Source: an uncultured Gemmatimonadales bacterium (GTDB lineage: Bacteria > Gemmatimonadota > Gemmatimonadetes > Gemmatimonadales > GWC2-71-9). Taken from it: 64,000 nucleotides of DNA. Shown here piece by piece: positions 61,098 through 64,000 of this stretch. The position numbers and the translations under genes are program-made. The DNA lies in contig CAWCFX010000001.1 in NCBI GenBank assembly GCA_963795085.1, positions 1,248,001 to 1,312,000 of the forward strand. Reading direction: 5' to 3'. Within the stretch, counting starts at the first letter, position 1; each line of letters begins with the position of its first letter. The notes below the pieces were generated by a model. The model made no database searches. It saw nothing but the letters and a program-made list of their open reading frames with translations, and was not told where the DNA came from.

Positions 61098-63639
61098 AGC
61101 GACGGACTTTCCTGGAAGGGGTGACCGCCGCCGGGATGGTGGCCTCTCTGGGCAGCGCATGCCGGGACCAGCCAGGCAGCGAGTCAGTGCGGCAGTCTCT
61201 TCGTCTCGATAGCGACTGGAAATTTCTCCGCCGGGACGTGGACGGTGGCGCGGCACCCGGGCTGGACGACTCCGCATGGCAGTCCGCCACCCTCCCCCAC
61301 ACCGCCCGGGTCGAGTCCCTGGTCACTGGACCGGTGGGATCGCCCACCGGGCAGTGGCAGGGCATCTGCTGGTACCGCCGCCGGCTGGTGGTCGATCCCT
61401 CGCCCGACGCCCGCTTCTTTCTTCGCTTCGAAGGCGCCATGAACGTCGCCGAGGTCTGGCTCGACGGCACCCGGATCGGGGAGCACCAGGGCGGCTATCT
61501 CCCGTTCGTCCTCGACATAACCGACCGGGTGCGGGAAGGACGTGACCACCTGCTGGCCGTGCGGCTCGACAACCGGGACAATCCGGTGACCGGCCCCAAG
61601 CCGCTCGAGCAGCTGGACTTCAACATGTACCACGGGCTCTACCGGCCGGTGTACCTGGTACGGAAGGACCGGCTGCACCTGACCGACCCGGTCCAGGCCA
61701 ACGTCCCGGCTGGGGGAGGAATCTTCGTCACCTATCCACGGGTGAGCGCCGCCGCTGCCACTGTCCGGGTGCGGGCTCACGTCCGGAACGATCACGCCGA
61801 GGCGCGCGAGTGCCGGGTGCGCGCCGTATTGCGGGGCCCGGACGGCGGGGTCGCGGCCGAGTCGGTGTCAGCCGGGCGGTCGATTGGGCCGGGGACCGCC
61901 GCAGAATTCGGGCAGGAACTCGAGGTTTCCTCGCCGCGGCTCTGGAGTCCCTCCCATCCCGCGCTCTATACCCTCTCGGCCGAGGTCATCAGCGGGGGGA
62001 AGGTGGTGGACGCCGAGTCACTCCGGGTGGGGATCCGGCAGATCAGCATTGCGAAGGACGGGGTCCGGATCAATGGCGAGCGGATGTTCCTGCGCGGGGC
62101 CAACCGGCACCAGGAGTACCCCTACATCGGGTACGCCCTCTCGGATGCGGCCCAGTACCGCGATGCGAGGAAAATCAAGGAAGCGGGATTCGACTACGTC
62201 CGCCTGTCGCACTATCCCCATGCGCCGGCCTTCATGGACGCCTGTGACGAGCTCGGTCTGGTCGTCATGGACTGCATTCCCGGCTGGCAATACTTTAATC
62301 CGGATCCGGCCTTCGCTGCATTGCAATACCAGAACTGCCGCGACCTGGTGCGGCGGGACCGGAACCATCCCTGCGTCATACTCTGGGAGGTCTCCCTCAA
62401 CGAGTCGGGGATGACGCCGGAGTTCGTGGCCCGCACCCACGCGATCGCCCACGAGGAGTATCCCGGGGACCAGTGCTACACCGCCGGCTGGATGGCGGGC
62501 TACGACGTGATCCTCGAGGCGCGGCAGCACGCCGGGTGCCGGAACGACGGGCCGACGCCCTGCCTGGTGAGCGAGTACGGCGACTGGGAGTACTACGCGA
62601 TGAACGCCGGGCTGGACCAGGGCGCCTGGGCCGACCTCGTCCCCGGCGGAGAGCAACAGCCGCCAGCTCCGGTGGCAGGGCGAGCGGGCCCAGCTGCAGC
62701 AGGCCACCAACTTCCAGGAGGCCCACAACGACAACCTGGCCACCCCGGCTATCGGCGACGGGCTCTGGGTGATGTTCGATTACAACCGGGGCTACGCGCC
62801 CGACATCGAGTCCTCCGGCTGCATGGACATCTTCCGGCTCCCCAAGTACTCCCGGTACTTCTTCCGGAGCCAGCGCGGGCCGGGTGAACTGGTGGCCGGC
62901 GTAGCGGCCGGGCCGATGGTCTTCATCGCCAGCGAGTGGGCCGCCGGCTCAAGCGCAGAGGTACGGGTGTTCAGCAACTGCGAGGAGGTGGCGCTGCAGC
63001 CTCGATGGCCGGGTGCTCGAGCGGCGCCGGCCCGACCAGGACCGGATCAGCAGCCGGCTGGCCCACCCACCCTTCAGCTTCGCCACCGGCGGGTTCACGC
63101 CGGGAACGCTCGAGGCGATTGGGTACATAGGCGGGCGCGAATCCGCCCGGCATTCGCTCAGGACACCGGGTGCTCCCAACCGCCTCCTGCTGTCCATCGA
63201 CCAGTCGGGGCGGCCCCGGGACCGGTCCAGGAAGGACCAGGTGTTCTGCCATGCCTCGATAGTTGACGCGAATGGGACCGTCATCGCCCCTGCCTGGGAG
63301 CACGTCGCCTTCGGCCTCGCCGGCGGTGGCGCGCTGGTCGGGGATAACCCCGCCACCACCGATGCCGGGATCGCCACGATCCTTGTCGAGTGCCTGCCCG
63401 GCGCGGCTCCCTCCTCGGTTTATGCCCTGGCCCTGTTGCCGGAGGGCGGTCCGGTCCGGGTACTCAGCGGGTCGGTGGGGATCGATCACGCGCCGGAACC
63501 TCACTCGGTGAGTCTCACCGGCGAACGGGCCGAACTTTCGGCGGCCGGCCGGGTCGTGGCCAGCCTGAGCTCCGGAGCGCCCAGGTTCCGGATCCCGGTT
63601 TCAACGCCGCCCGGCCGCCGGGGCGTGTTCCATCGATGA
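61094..63639 (+). pseudogene. GH2 glycoside hydrolase with Tat-like signal, interrupted by two apparent +1 frameshifts (~62641-62644 and ~63000); pseudogene or assembly error
   Basis: 'KRRTFL', 'LRFEGA', 'RGANRHQEYP', 'RLSHYP', 'SLNE' and 'VSEYG'. Coding continues in shifted frames ('WVMFDYNRG', 'VRVFSNCEEV', 'FTPGTLEAIG'). Removing 2 nt gives 2544 nt = 848 codons. Confidence 0.75.
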
Positions 63640-63687
63640 CCCGAACCGCCCTGCGCCGCGGGCGGATACGTTGACCCCGGAGGGACC

Positions 63688-64000
63688 GTGCCCGCCCTGA
63701 CAACCATTGTTCCTTCGCTGGCTCTGCTCCTCGTGTTCTTCTCCATGGGCACCCGCGACGCGGTGGCCCAGCGGGAGGACGCCCCCCGGCCGGCCACCCG
63801 GGCGATCGACCTGGACCGGCAGGGTGTGATGCGCTGGCGTGATGACCGGACCGAGGTTGCCCTGTTCGGCGCCAACTACGTGGTGACGACCGCTTCCGAC
63901 TACCGGGCCGCCGGCGCCGTCGGGGCCGACCGGAAGAAAATGATCGACGAGGACATGGCCCACTTCGCCCGTATGGGCTGGGACGGGATCCGGCTCACCT
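63688..64000 (+). CDS. Secreted putative glycoside hydrolase (TIM-barrel, GH5-like N-terminus); truncated by window end
   Basis: GGAGG RBS and GTG start, signal peptide, 'LFGANY' and 'IDEDMAHFARMGWDGIRL'. Not in the ORF track because it has no stop in the window. Confidence 0.6.
   Translation, partial: MPALTTIVPSLALLLVFFSMGTRDAVAQREDAPRPATRAIDLDRQGVMRWRDDRTEVALFGANYVVTTASDYRAAGAVGADRKKMIDEDMAHFARMGWDGIRLT

Noticed and set aside
63636..63674. 12-codon ORF (MTRTALRRGRIR) coupled to the GH2 stop
   Set aside because: Too short to support. The next gene has its own GGAGG RBS and GTG start at 63688.

Overview
A 64-kb, very GC-rich (roughly 70% by eye), gene-dense bacterial chromosomal segment from a diderm. 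It encodes outer-membrane beta-barrels, a SusC/SusD pair and lipoproteins. The gene style suggests Gemmatimonadota, which is inference only. I found no rRNA, tRNA, CRISPR array, integrase or transposase. Main blocks: (1) 0.3-9 kb: mixed stress/housekeeping genes (DUF1206, orphan Pycsar-effector-like membrane protein, VOC, CorA, AAA ATPase, GNAT, an MBL-ECF sigma-cupin-HD operon, iodotyrosine-deiodinase-like nitroreductase). (2) 9.3-15.8 kb: an apparent envelope-stress locus with a 906-aa triple-beta-barrel/coiled-coil outer-membrane protein, Asp23/Gls24, AmaP, a small 2-TM protein and a KimA/KUP-like transporter fused to two USP domains. (3) 16-28 kb: a minus-strand run containing a MerB-like lyase split by an in-frame TGA at a catalytic-Cys position and followed by a SECIS-like hairpin (probable selenoprotein), plus glgE and a motif-degenerate glucosylglycerate-synthase-like protein. 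(4) 28-40 kb: glgX-glgB-treZ-treY-treS/mak. (5) 40-52 kb: two-domain multicopper oxidase, a wzm/wzt surface-glycan module, iorAB-like molybdoenzyme, nhaA and an SDR. (6) 53-64 kb: a Bacteroidota-style polysaccharide utilization locus (susC, susD, two GH13 lipoproteins, a doubly frameshifted GH2 and a partial GH-like gene) with a nested inverted-repeat element. The best candidates for novelty are the Sec-containing MerB-like enzyme outside any mer operon and the diderm Asp23-AmaP-OMP module. All family calls come from motif recognition, not database searches.
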